Shown piece by piece: positions 16,893-26,900 of a DNA stretch of 64,000 nt (position 1 is the stretch's first letter; each line of letters begins with the position of its first letter). The notes under the pieces are model-generated. The model did not search any database. It saw nothing but the letters and a program-made list of their open reading frames with translations, and was not told the origin of the DNA. The position numbers and the translations under genes were made by a program. The DNA lies in assembly GCA_039809865.1 (NCBI GenBank), contig JBDHVW010000040.1, positions 2,731-66,730 of the forward strand, in the 5' to 3' direction. Origin of the DNA: Vulcanimicrobiota bacterium (GTDB lineage: Bacteria; Vulcanimicrobiota; Xenobia; Xenobiales; QWHO01).

Positions 16893-18506
16893 ATGCGTAA
16901 AGTTTCCCTGTTGCTGCTGCTCTTGATGTGCTTCTACGGCTGCTCTGGAGGCGGCTCCGCCGGCGACCCACCCACGGTGGACGCGGGCCCCGTGCCGGGC
17001 GGCCCGATCGTGATCGACGACGGGGGCGGCAATCCCCCGCCCGTGGCGGTGAACGACCCGGGCAACTCCCTGGCCGCCGCGCTCAATCGCTCCACTCCGC
17101 CGGGGCTGCCGGCCAGTCCTCCGCCCCTGGTGGCCGGGGCCTCCCCGCGTTCCGAGCGCGCCCTGGGCGCCACCTACAACCTGGTGGCCGGCTGGAACGT
17201 GCTGAGCTTCCCCTTCGGACGTGTCACCGCGGCCTCGGGCTTCCGTTATCAGCTCTACGGCTACTCGCAGGGTAATTTCTTCGCGGTCGACCCGGTCAAC
17301 AACCCCGGGGCCATCGACACCCGTCTGGCCTATTTCGCCTACTCCGATGGCGCGGTGAGCGTGAACGTCTCGGGCGAGTCCAACGACGGCGAGCTTTCCA
17401 CCGTTCCGCTGAACCAGGGCTGGAACCTGGTGGGCTGTCCTTTCGAGAGCCCCATCTTCTTCTCGACCATGAGCGCCAGCCAGCCCGGCCTCACGCGCCG
17501 CCTGGAAGACGCCGCCGGCTCCTGGATCGATCGCACCATTTACGGTCTCTCGCCGCAGGGCGCGCTGGTCACCGACGACCTGCTCGGCCCGAGCAGCTTC
17601 AATCCTTTCGAGGCGCGCTGGGTGTACGCGTTCTCCGACACCGAGCTCAACCTCAACCCGGTCCCGCCCTCTCCCCCGCCCATCCTGGGCAACATCTCGT
17701 CTGCCTCGGCTCAGGCTGGGGACCTGCTGGTGCTCACGGGCAGCGGCTTCGGCGCTCCCGAGAACGGGCTGGTCACCATCGGCGGCATCCCCGTTCCGGG
17801 GACCTCCCTGCAGAGCTGGAGCGGCTCCGCTATTCAGCTGATCGTGCCCCCGGGCGTGCAGAGCGGCAGCGTGGTGGTGTTCGTCAATCGCTACCCCTCC
17901 AACCCCGGCATCGTCACCATCACCAACGCGGGCGTCGGTACGGCCTCGCTGAGCGGCCTCGTGCAGTCGTCGGGCGGCGTCCCGCTGAGCGGCGCCCAGG
18001 TGACGCTCGACTCGGGCCAGACCGCGCAGACCGGCGCGGACGGCACGTTCTCGATCGCCGACATCCCTGCCGGCGACCACCTGGTGTTCGCCCAGGCGCT
18101 GGGCTACAAGCGCGGGGCGGGCTTGCTGAGCTTCGCGGCGGGCGATCAGCGCTCGCTGCTGGTGGAGCTCTCGCCCCTCACGGGCGGTGGTTCCTCGGGC
18201 GGCAGCGGCTCGCAGCAAGAGCGCGGCAACCTCTACATCGCGGTGTCGCCCTACTTCGTGGGCAACACGCGCTATTTCGTCAGCCGCATCGAGGTCCAGG
18301 AGTACGGCAACCACGCCAACCGCTGGAGCGACATCAACTCGGCCGATTTCGGCGACAGCGAGTATGACCTGACCTGCGACGGCGCCTACATCGGCCGCAG
18401 CTACACGATTCACATCGTGTGGAAGAGCGGTTCGGACGAGATCGCCAGCACGTTCTACCGGACGTTTTATCAGAACGGCCAGACGGAGCGGTTTACGACG
18501 CCTTAG
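16893..18506 (+). CDS. Lipoprotein with two GWN-type repeats, an IPT/TIG domain and a carboxypeptidase-regulatory-like domain
   Basis: Lipobox FYG-C; LVAGWNVLS and LNQGWNLVG; LVLTGSGFG...SWSGSAIQLIVP; LSGAQVTL...TGADGTFSI. Confidence 0.8.
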   Translation: MRKVSLLLLLLMCFYGCSGGGSAGDPPTVDAGPVPGGPIVIDDGGGNPPPVAVNDPGNSLAAALNRSTPPGLPASPPPLVAGASPRSERALGATYNLVAGWNVLSFPFGRVTAASGFRYQLYGYSQGNFFAVDPVNNPGAIDTRLAYFAYSDGAVSVNVSGESNDGELSTVPLNQGWNLVGCPFESPIFFSTMSASQPGLTRRLEDAAGSWIDRTIYGLSPQGALVTDDLLGPSSFNPFEARWVYAFSDTELNLNPVPPSPPPILGNISSASAQAGDLLVLTGSGFGAPENGLVTIGGIPVPGTSLQSWSGSAIQLIVPPGVQSGSVVVFVNRYPSNPGIVTITNAGVGTASLSGLVQSSGGVPLSGAQVTLDSGQTAQTGADGTFSIADIPAGDHLVFAQALGYKRGAGLLSFAAGDQRSLLVELSPLTGGGSSGGSGSQQERGNLYIAVSPYFVGNTRYFVSRIEVQEYGNHANRWSDINSADFGDSEYDLTCDGAYIGRSYTIHIVWKSGSDEIASTFYRTFYQNGQTERFTTP

Positions 18507-19561
18507 GGGGCCGGGACCTTTTCCGGGATGACCTCCTCGACCAGTTTGCGCTGGCCGTGGGAGGCTTCCACCAGGAACACGCTCTTGCGCGGGATGCGCT
18601 GCCCTTCGTCGAAGCGCAGCGTGCCCGTCAGGCCGTGAAACTCGCGGGTGTCGCGCATGGCCTTCAAGATGTCGTCCAGGCTGCGCGTGCCCGCGCGCGT
18701 CAGCGCGCTGGCCAGCAGCATCACCGAGTCGTAGCCCAGGGCCGAGAACGCGTCCGGGGGCTCTCCGTAGACCCGGGTGTAGCGTTGCACGAACTCGGGA
18801 TGCTGGTCGAGGAAGGCGTGGGTGGTGAAATAGACTTGGTCCAGCTGCCAGCCGGCCACGTCCAGACTGTCGCCGCCCAGGATGGGGCCTTCCCAGCCCG
18901 AGGAGCGCAGCGAGGTCGCTTTTTCGATGGCTTTGTCGGGGCCCACGGCCAGGAAGACGACGTCCGCTCCTGCGAAGTCGTTGTCGGTGGTGGTGCCCCC
19001 GAGCTGCTCGAATCTTGTCTGGAAGTAGCCTTTCAGGAGGCGAGTGTATTCCATGTCCGGGTCGGCCACGATGGTGGCCTTCTTGAAGCCCTGGCGGGCG
19101 GCCCACTCGGCCGCCGCGGCCGCCTGCACGTTGTCGCCGAAGCATGCCATGAACAGGTAGTCGGGCACCTCTTTGGGCAGACGGGGCGAGGTGGCGCCGC
19201 TCGTCAGGAAGACGCGCTTGAAGGCGGCGGCTTCGGGAGCGGCGGCCAGCACCATGTCGGTATCGCTCAGGCCCACCACGGCCAGCGTGGTGCGGTCGTC
19301 GGCCACGATCTCGCGGGTCTTCTGCTTGAGCACGGCCGGGTCGGAGCGCCCGTCTTCGAGGCGCAGTCGCACTTTGATTCCGTGAATGCCCCCGTGCTCG
19401 TTGATGTCGTCGGCCGCCAGACGGGCGCCCCGGCTGGCCGGCAGGTCGAGCGCGGCTTGTGCGCCGGTCAGGTTGAAGATGGCCCCGATGACCAGGGGAT
19501 TGGGTTGGACCGCCCAGGCCGAGGCGGCCACCAGGAGCAGGAGGAGCAAAAGGCGTTTCAT
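18503..19561 (-). CDS. Branched-chain amino acid ABC transporter substrate-binding protein (LivJ-like)
   Basis: Signal peptide; IGAIFNLTG...GARLAADDINEHGGIHG; ALGYDSV; FHGLTGTLRFD. Confidence 0.85.
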   Translation of the reverse strand: MKRLLLLLLLVAASAWAVQPNPLVIGAIFNLTGAQAALDLPASRGARLAADDINEHGGIHGIKVRLRLEDGRSDPAVLKQKTREIVADDRTTLAVVGLSDTDMVLAAAPEAAAFKRVFLTSGATSPRLPKEVPDYLFMACFGDNVQAAAAAEWAARQGFKKATIVADPDMEYTRLLKGYFQTRFEQLGGTTTDNDFAGADVVFLAVGPDKAIEKATSLRSSGWEGPILGGDSLDVAGWQLDQVYFTTHAFLDQHPEFVQRYTRVYGEPPDAFSALGYDSVMLLASALTRAGTRSLDDILKAMRDTREFHGLTGTLRFDEGQRIPRKSVFLVEASHGQRKLVEEVIPEKVPAP

Positions 19562-20790
19562 GGCTTCTCTTCGTGGGATTTCAGGATCAGCCGCACGCCC
19601 CACTTCCAGGTGAAGTAGGACCAGGTCCAACGCGCGAAGACGAGCAGGCGGCTCTGCAGGTCGGCGATGCGGAACAGATGGAGCCAGAGCCAGGCGAACC
19701 AGGCCGGGAAGCCGGTGAGCTTGAGCCAGCCCCACTGGAAGACAGCCGCCGAGCGCCCCAGAGTGGCGATGCTCTCGCGGCCCTTGAACTGGAAATTCTT
19801 GGTAGGTTGGTTTTGAAGTTGTCGGAGGATGTTGTTGGCGGCGTGTTTGCCCTGCGCCATGGCGACCGGGGCCACGCCGGGCAAGTTCCTCAGGCTGGTC
19901 ATGTCGCCCACGCAGTAGATGCGGTCGGCGATGCGCAGGTCGTCCTGCACCTGCACGCGTCCGGCGCGGTCGTGACCGGCGGGGAGGGCTCGGGTGAGAT
20001 CGGTGGCCTGCACGCCGGCCGTCCAGACGATGGTGTGGGCCTCGAGCTGACGGGTCGTGGTGGCCACATGGTGGGGGCCGACATCGCTCACCGGCTCGCC
20101 CAGCCAGACCTCCACGCCCAGGCTCTCCAGGTGGCGCCGGGCGCTCTTGGAGAGCTTCTCGGAGTAGCCGCTCAGGATGCGATCCCCGGCCTCGATCAGC
20201 ACCACGCGGGCCGCCTCGGGGTGGATCTCGCGAAAATCCCAGCGGAGCACGTGCCGCCGGAGCTCGGCGAAGGCTCCGGCCAGCTCCACGCCGGTCGGTC
20301 CGCCGCCGACCACGACGGTGGTCATCAGGCGCTCGCGTTGCCGGGGGTCGGTTTCGGTCTCGGCCTCCTCGAAGCCGAGCAGCACGCTCTCGCGGATCTG
20401 GAGTGCCTCGCGGGCCGACTTGAGCCCGGGCGCGTGCCGGGCCCATTGATCTTGCCCGAAGTAGGAGCTCTGCACGCCCAGAGCCAGGATGAGGTAGTCG
20501 AACTCGAGGTGTTTGCCGTGGCCCAGGGTGACGGTGCGGGACTCGGGATCGACCGCCTGCAACTCGCCGAGTTGCACCGTGACGTTGCGCTGTTTGCGCA
20601 TCAGGGCGCGGATCGGGGTAGCGACTTCGGCGGGGCTCAAGCCGGCGCTGGCGACCTGGTAGAGCAGGGCCTGGAACAGGTGGTGGTTGTTGCGGTCCAC
20701 CAGGGTGACGTCGACGTCCTGGTCTTTGAAGGCGCGGGCGGCCGAGAGGCCGGCGAACCCGGCCCCCACGATGACGACGCGAGGTCTCAC
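19558..20790 (-). CDS. ndh: Type II NADH dehydrogenase
   Basis: VVIVGAGFAG, NHHLFQALLYQVA, VVVGGGPTGVELAG and LPGVAPVAMAQG. The GTG start overlaps the upstream stop. Confidence 0.88.
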   Translation of the reverse strand: MRPRVVIVGAGFAGLSAARAFKDQDVDVTLVDRNNHHLFQALLYQVASAGLSPAEVATPIRALMRKQRNVTVQLGELQAVDPESRTVTLGHGKHLEFDYLILALGVQSSYFGQDQWARHAPGLKSAREALQIRESVLLGFEEAETETDPRQRERLMTTVVVGGGPTGVELAGAFAELRRHVLRWDFREIHPEAARVVLIEAGDRILSGYSEKLSKSARRHLESLGVEVWLGEPVSDVGPHHVATTTRQLEAHTIVWTAGVQATDLTRALPAGHDRAGRVQVQDDLRIADRIYCVGDMTSLRNLPGVAPVAMAQGKHAANNILRQLQNQPTKNFQFKGRESIATLGRSAAVFQWGWLKLTGFPAWFAWLWLHLFRIADLQSRLLVFARWTWSYFTWKWGVRLILKSHEEKP

Positions 20791-21446
20791 CGGGCGCGGC
20801 CCAGGAAGACGGCGTGGTGAGCGGCGCGGGAGCGTACCTTGTGGGTGGTCGCGTCGGAGAATCCTGCCTGGCGCATGCGCTGCTCGAACTTCTTGTCCTC
20901 GGCGGCGCTCCACACGGCGAGCACGCCGCCGGGGTGGCGCAGCGCTTTCTTGGCGCGCTTGATGCCGGCCAGCGAGTAGAGCTTGTCGTTCGACTCCCAG
21001 GTCAGCGCGTCGGGGCCGTTATCCACGTCCAGCAGCACGGCGTCCCAGTCGGCGCCGGGCTTGAGCAGCTCGTCCACGTCGCCCAGGTGGACGCGCGAGC
21101 GCGGGTCGTCCAGCGGGTTGCCCGCCAGGTGCCCGAGCGTGTGCTGGTTCCACTCGAGCACCTTGGGCACCAGCTCGGCCACGGTCACCTCGGCGGTTTC
21201 GGGCAGCACGTCCAGGGCGGCGCGCAGCGTGTGGCCCATCCCGAGCCCTCCGATGAGCACTCTGGGGTTGGGGTTCTTGAGGCCCTTGCAGCCCAGCCTG
21301 CTGAGCTCGATGGCGGAGACCTCGTTGCGGCTGCTCATCAGCCCGGCCCCGTTGATGATGATGGCGTATTCTTTGCCCCGGCGGTTGAGCAGCATCTCTC
21401 CGCCATCGGAGAGCGTGGTCTTGTCGAGCGTTTCCCAAGGTTGCAT
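20787..21446 (-). CDS. Spermidine-synthase-like SAM-dependent methyltransferase
   Basis: RVLIGGLGMGHTL, VAELVP and DAVLLDVDNGP. Start MQPWETLD at 21446. Confidence 0.85.
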   Translation of the reverse strand: MQPWETLDKTTLSDGGEMLLNRRGKEYAIIINGAGLMSSRNEVSAIELSRLGCKGLKNPNPRVLIGGLGMGHTLRAALDVLPETAEVTVAELVPKVLEWNQHTLGHLAGNPLDDPRSRVHLGDVDELLKPGADWDAVLLDVDNGPDALTWESNDKLYSLAGIKRAKKALRHPGGVLAVWSAAEDKKFEQRMRQAGFSDATTHKVRSRAAHHAVFLGRAR

Positions 21447-21665
21447 TCGGGTAGGATAGCCCAGGCGGGGGGGTGGCGTAAAGAGTCGGGCTGGTGGGCG
21501 GCTCTTGAGGTGAATCACAAAGTCGGGCGTTTCCCCTCGACCCACAGCTGATAAGAGTCGCGCTGTTGCTGCGGCCGTCCCCACCGCGACCTGGATGCCT
21601 GGAGACAGGCGTTTTGGAGGGGTTAGCCTCCTCGTAGACCAGGAGGACACGCCTATTTCGAGGTA

Positions 21666-22073
21666 ATGGTGCTGGACCTGCTGCACAAGATGGGCTACGG
21701 AACCAACCGTTCCGAAGTGAAGCGGGTGGGCGGGGTGGTCGATAGTGGCATCGATGGGATCGTCACGCTCGATCGGCTTGGCTTCGAGAAGGTCTACGTG
21801 CAGGCCAAGCGCTGGCAAAGCTCGGTAGGTCGACCCGAGATTCAGGCCTTCTACGGGGCTCTAGCCGGACACCGAGCCACCAAAGGTGTATTCATCACCA
21901 CCTCGAGCTACACCGCGGCCGCCCGAGATTACGCCCAATCCATCGAGCGAGTGGTGCTGGTGGACGGCGCCCCCCTGGCCGAGCTCATGATCGACTTCGA
22001 AGTGGGCGTTTCCGGGCGGGTGCTTCGCGTACCGCGAGTGGACGGTGACTACTTCGAGGAGGGAAGCGACTGA
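21666..22073 (+). pseudogene. mrr: Mrr restriction endonuclease catalytic domain only (N-terminus absent)
   Basis: YFEVMVLDLLHKMGYG, DSGIDG...VYVQAKRW and KGVFITTS. An in-frame TAG lies shortly upstream and there is no Mrr_N domain. Confidence 0.75.
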
Positions 22074-22091
22074 CGGTGCCGATGTCTGCTA

Positions 22092-22685
22092 TCAAGCCAA
22101 CGGGGACGACTTTCCCGTGCTCAACCAACCGGCGATTCGGTCCCTCAGCTCCTTAAGCTCTGGGCAGACCGCCAGGAGTCCCTTCCACTCTTTGGATAGG
22201 GGGTCCATAGCCCTTTTGTAACCCCCTCCGAGCTCTTCGTCCCACCCCATCTTCTCCAGGAAAGGCCAGGCGAATCTTTCCTTAGGATCGCACTCGGCCT
22301 GGATATCGGCCCAGTTCTTGAAGCCAGAGCGATACAAAGCCAGCATCCAGACCTCGAGCTCTTCTCTCGGCAGGCACGCGATCAATCTGTCCTGGTGCTC
22401 CAACTCACGCGCCGCAGCCTTAGTGGAGTTCTTCTCGCGATCGCAGTCTCGATCGACGATCAGAAGGAAAAGATTGACCATCGGATTATCGGTCACGATC
22501 TCCTCGACGACCTGCTGGCTGAGGGCCTGAGACGCGCCTCTCAGCCAGGGGTCATAAAGGACCTCGATGCGGGCGATTCTGCTCAACTCGGCAAAAATTT
22601 TCTCTACCACCGGCTTCAAGATGTATTGATCGTTGGCGGGATCTTCGGGAATGATCAATACTTTCAAAGTGCGCGCTCCAGCCAC
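22092..22685 (-). CDS. TOPRIM-like partner protein (DUF4276/RloB-like)
   Basis: IIPED...D, LIVDRD (DxD) and ELEVWML motifs. Overlaps the ATPase 3' end. Confidence 0.65.
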   Translation of the reverse strand: MAGARTLKVLIIPEDPANDQYILKPVVEKIFAELSRIARIEVLYDPWLRGASQALSQQVVEEIVTDNPMVNLFLLIVDRDCDREKNSTKAAARELEHQDRLIACLPREELEVWMLALYRSGFKNWADIQAECDPKERFAWPFLEKMGWDEELGGGYKRAMDPLSKEWKGLLAVCPELKELRDRIAGWLSTGKSSPLA

Positions 22686-23884
22686 CGTGTTGTAAAGAGG
22701 TATTCGAAGCCCTTCTTCTTTACGAGAGACTCGAAATCAGGCAACGCTCCGAGGCGGCGAATCACACTTCCCGGGCTCTGGTCGGAGCGAGCAAAGAGAA
22801 GGGCCGAAGAGAGTGTCTCTGGCTTCAGCCTGTGCAAGAGCAGAGGGGAGTGGGTCGTGGCGATCACCTGGAAACCCCTCTTGGCGGTGAGTTTCTCCAG
22901 GAACTCGGCCATCAGGTGAACGCGGCTCGGATGAAGCCCATTCTCGATCTCCTCGATTAACAAAACGGTGCCTGGGCGGGCGGTGAGCACCGCGGCCAAG
23001 GTTCCCAAGAAACGGAGAGTGCCATCGGAGAGGCTGCGGATCGAAAGCTCTTTGCCATCTCCCTCGATCAACTTGAGCATCACGTCTCCAAGCTCAGTCT
23101 CGACGAAGTCTATGTCCTTGACCTCGGGTGCGCAGAGAGCCGACAACCAGTCAACCAGGGACTTCTTCCGCTCTGGATTGCGGGCAAGATCGAACAGCAC
23201 GCTCGATAGGTGCTGCCCCTCTGCTCCCAGCTCGCGGATATGCTTGGGCACGTAGTCGCGCATCTTGCGAGGGTTGAGGTCGAGAAACAGCATCGAGCCG
23301 AACGCCGCGAGAGCGTGTGTTTGAGCCTCCAGAACCTTGGGCGCGAGCGAAGGTAAAGCCTCTACCTGGCCAACCACACTTCGGTGGGCGGAATACTTCT
23401 GCGAAAGGCTCTTACCCTGGCCGACCCTTCTCAGAGCCACGGTCAGGGTGCCCCCCGCGCCGAGCCCTTTTCCAGCGCCGAGAGTCTTGGCGGCGCTGTC
23501 GAACCAGTAACGTCCCGATTTGTCCCACAGTCGTTCGCGGGTGACCAGTGGCTCTGGCCTGAGCTTGCAGTGAATCAGATGGTCAACAGAGATACCATTG
23601 ATCTGCCACAAGGATCGAAGTCCGAACGACTTCGTCCCACTACGGGCAACTTCCGCTACTCCACCTCGGATTCCAGGCCAGATCTCGCGCCCTCCTTCAC
23701 TGCGGCCTCGAAAGATCTCCGTCAAAGGCATGTGGAAGCTAATGCCCTGCAGAAATCTCAAAGCATCCAGGAAGTTACTCTTCCCCGAGGCGTTGGCGCC
23801 AATCAGGAAGGTAAGCGGAGCTAGAGGCAGCGGATCTGTTAACTTGAAGCTTTTGAAATCTTTGAGCCTGACTACTTTCAGCAT
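22664..23884 (-). CDS. ABC/SMC-like ATPase (AAA_21/AAA_15 type)
   Basis: Walker A GANASGKS, signature LSDGTLR, Walker B LLIEEIENGLHP, and H-loop ATTHSP. Confidence 0.9.
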   Translation of the reverse strand: MLKVVRLKDFKSFKLTDPLPLAPLTFLIGANASGKSNFLDALRFLQGISFHMPLTEIFRGRSEGGREIWPGIRGGVAEVARSGTKSFGLRSLWQINGISVDHLIHCKLRPEPLVTRERLWDKSGRYWFDSAAKTLGAGKGLGAGGTLTVALRRVGQGKSLSQKYSAHRSVVGQVEALPSLAPKVLEAQTHALAAFGSMLFLDLNPRKMRDYVPKHIRELGAEGQHLSSVLFDLARNPERKKSLVDWLSALCAPEVKDIDFVETELGDVMLKLIEGDGKELSIRSLSDGTLRFLGTLAAVLTARPGTVLLIEEIENGLHPSRVHLMAEFLEKLTAKRGFQVIATTHSPLLLHRLKPETLSSALLFARSDQSPGSVIRRLGALPDFESLVKKKGFEYLFTTRWLERAL

Positions 23885-23902
23885 GACTTGAGCTTTCCAG
23901 TC

Positions 23903-26900
23903 TCATTCTTCATCTTCGTCTGCTTCCAAGTCCAGCTCTAGTTCCTCCTCGTCGGCTTTCTCCGCTTTCCGGGCCCGGCGCTTGGCCTCGGCCTCGCGGA
24001 GCTCACGCACCTTGCCGGGGTGATCCGACTCGAAGGCGGCGCGGGCGTCGTCCGAGCCTTCCTCGTCCAGGCGGAAGTCGGGGCCGAGCTCGTCCGGAGA
24101 TTGGAGGCGTAACTCCCACTGGTAGGCTTTGTCGGGGTGATACCGCCAGAAGCAGCCGTGGGCCACGGCCAGGGACGGGTCCTGGCGGCACTTGTCCTCC
24201 ACCCGCGTGGGGAAGTAGCGGCGCGCCAGGTGGGCCCAGTCGTAGTCTTTGCGACCTTTGGCGGTGCAGAGTTCGGTCCACCAGGCGGCGGGGTCCTTCT
24301 TCCACTGGGGCTCCAGCACCGGCCACAGGGCGGCGGCGTTGATCATCACGCCGTCGTCGAGGTCCATCCGGAAGCGGGCGTCGGCCTCGCGCGGGGGGCC
24401 TTTGGGGGCCGGCGGGGCGCCTCGCTCGGCGATGTCCTGGACCTTTTTGACGAACGCGAGCATCTCCTCATAGTGCCCCTGCACCTCATTGGAGCGCGCC
24501 TGCGCGCGGGCCTGCGAGGCCCGGTCGCCCGTGGTGCGCGCCTCAGACAAGTCGGCCAACTCGGCTTTGAGGCGATTGAGCTCGGGCTGGAGGTGGTCGG
24601 CCAGCAAGACCTGCAGCGTGCTGTCGTGCCAGCGGTGGATGGAGCACCAGGCCACGAAGGTCCGCTTCTCCGACGAGAGCGGGAAGTAGATGGGACGCTT
24701 CTCGTAGCGCTTGAGGTGGTCCTCGGGGAAGAATTTGGTGCGCAGGTAGTCCCTGAGGTCGGGGGTCCTGGGAGCGATGGCCTTCTGGTGGACCTCCCAG
24801 GCGTCGCGCAGGGGTTGCGTGGCGGGGTGCTCCAGGCCGTCGGGGCCGCCCGCGTCGGTGAGGAAGAGAATGCCGTGCGGGAGCGCGTTGGATGGGGCGT
24901 CGTCGAGGATGCCCTCGCCCTGGGCGCCGAAGCGGCCGAGGGCCACGCCCAGGGCGTAGGAGAGGTGGTCGGCGGGGGGCTCGGGGTCTTCTGTTGCGTC
25001 GTAAGGAGGGAGGGGGGCGCCTGGCTCGCGGTCGACGGCGCGCTGGGCCCAGTCCTGGGCGGTGCGCCAGGGCGAGGGGCCGGGGCGGCGGAACTCGACG
25101 GAGGTCTCGCGGGCCTGCTCGTGTTGGGTGAAGGCCTGGTCGAGCCGGGCGTAGATTTCGTCGGCCGATTCGATGGGGAACAGGGGGAGGCGGTTGACGT
25201 CGCCGACTTGGAAGCTGACACTTGGATTCAGGGATTCCATTACTTCGCGGGCTGTGGTCGAGTTCATGAGGCACAGGGTCTGAGGAATGTTTGCCGGAAA
25301 GACTGATGAACCTTTGTCATCAAAGACGCTGAGATAGCGGTGTGCGCGAGCCGAAAAATTCGCGCCGATCATAGAGAACGCTATCCCCGGCTTGAACCAA
25401 AACCGTTCATTCTTGGGATATGAGCGTTCGTACAGAAATATCTCTGCGCAGGCTAGAGCCCAACGCATTACCGTGTCAGCTGGCTCCAACCAAACCTTTC
25501 CGGCTGCGCCCTTTATGTAAGGAACCCAGAATGCGGTGGGTTTTCTAACCAGAGTCGAAATAGCTAATTGTAGATGGAGATGTTGAGGGTCGATCTCCCA
25601 GATTGTTCTCAAAAAACGGGTGTTGTCCGCCGTGACCATTCCAACGCAAGCAGCTGATTCATCTCCAAGTTTGGGCGCATCAGCATAGCGGAACAGAAAG
25701 GTTTCGTCCCACCAATAAATAAGAGGATGCCCAGGAACCAACGACAGTTGATTAGGCTCAAATTCGAAACGATTCTCTCCACTCAGCAGTGTTGCAGCCT
25801 TTCGTCTTGAGCGTCTAGCGTCACGCGATGTGTCGTGGAAGAGCGTCGGGAGAACGGCAACGCTTTTGGCGCTAGCCGAGGCCTTTCTGAAAGCACTGAC
25901 TACAACGGCTACAACCTCAGAATCCAAGACGGTCTCGAATGCTCCACGGTCAAGATCGCATAACAGCTGTAGACCTCCGCGCTGAAAGAGCGACGCTCTC
26001 AGTCGAATGAACTGCCCCAAAAACATCCATCCTCGTAGCGTCAGCAGGGCACTCAGCCCTCCGGGTAAGCAAAGGTCGAGGCCCCGCATCAAGAAGGCCG
26101 AGTAAAGGTCACTCTTGCCCTCTGGATACTGCACTCCCAGATAGCCAAAATTAACTGCTTTTGCTGTCCCCTGATAAGGCGGGTTCCCCACCACCAGATC
26201 ATACTGCCCCTCCCGCACCATCCGGACAAACCGCACCCCGGCGGCCAACTGCTCCCCCCGCAGCCGCAACCCCAGATCGTCCCCGTGCGTATGCTGCGCC
26301 ACGAACCGCTCCAACTGCTCCACCAGGCTGGTGCGCGCCTCCTCCAGCGTCAGCTCCAACTGGCGCGGAGGCGCCGTCCCGAACAACACGCCTTGCGTCG
26401 GCAGCGAGCGGGCGAACCCCACTGTCCGCTCGTGCTCGGACAGGGCCTTCTCCACCGCGTCGCTCACCTTCAGCAAGCTCCCCAGCGAGTCGGCCCCCTT
26501 CAACGCCTCCACTACCTTCCGGGTCAACAACGCGGGAACCCCGGTCTCGCGCTCCACCGCCTCGAGCAGCTCCACCAGCGCCGGGTCGTCCTTCGGCAAG
26601 GCCCCCAGCCCCAGGTTGGAGGCCACCAGGTTCACCTGCCCCGGCGCGGCCTCCGGAGAATACTGGCGCATCTTCAGCCACAGCGCCGCCGCGGCGATCT
26701 GGACCGCGCGGGGGTCGATGTCGATCCCGTGCAGGTTGCGCTCCACGATCCAACTCGCGATCTGCGCGGAAGTCCAGCTCTCTCCCCGATGCCGCGCCTC
26801 TTCCTCATACAGCGCGGTCAACAGCGAGAAGGCGATCACCAGGAAGTGCCCCGAGCCACAGGCCGGGTCCAGCAACCTCAGGTCGCGCAGCGACGCGGGC

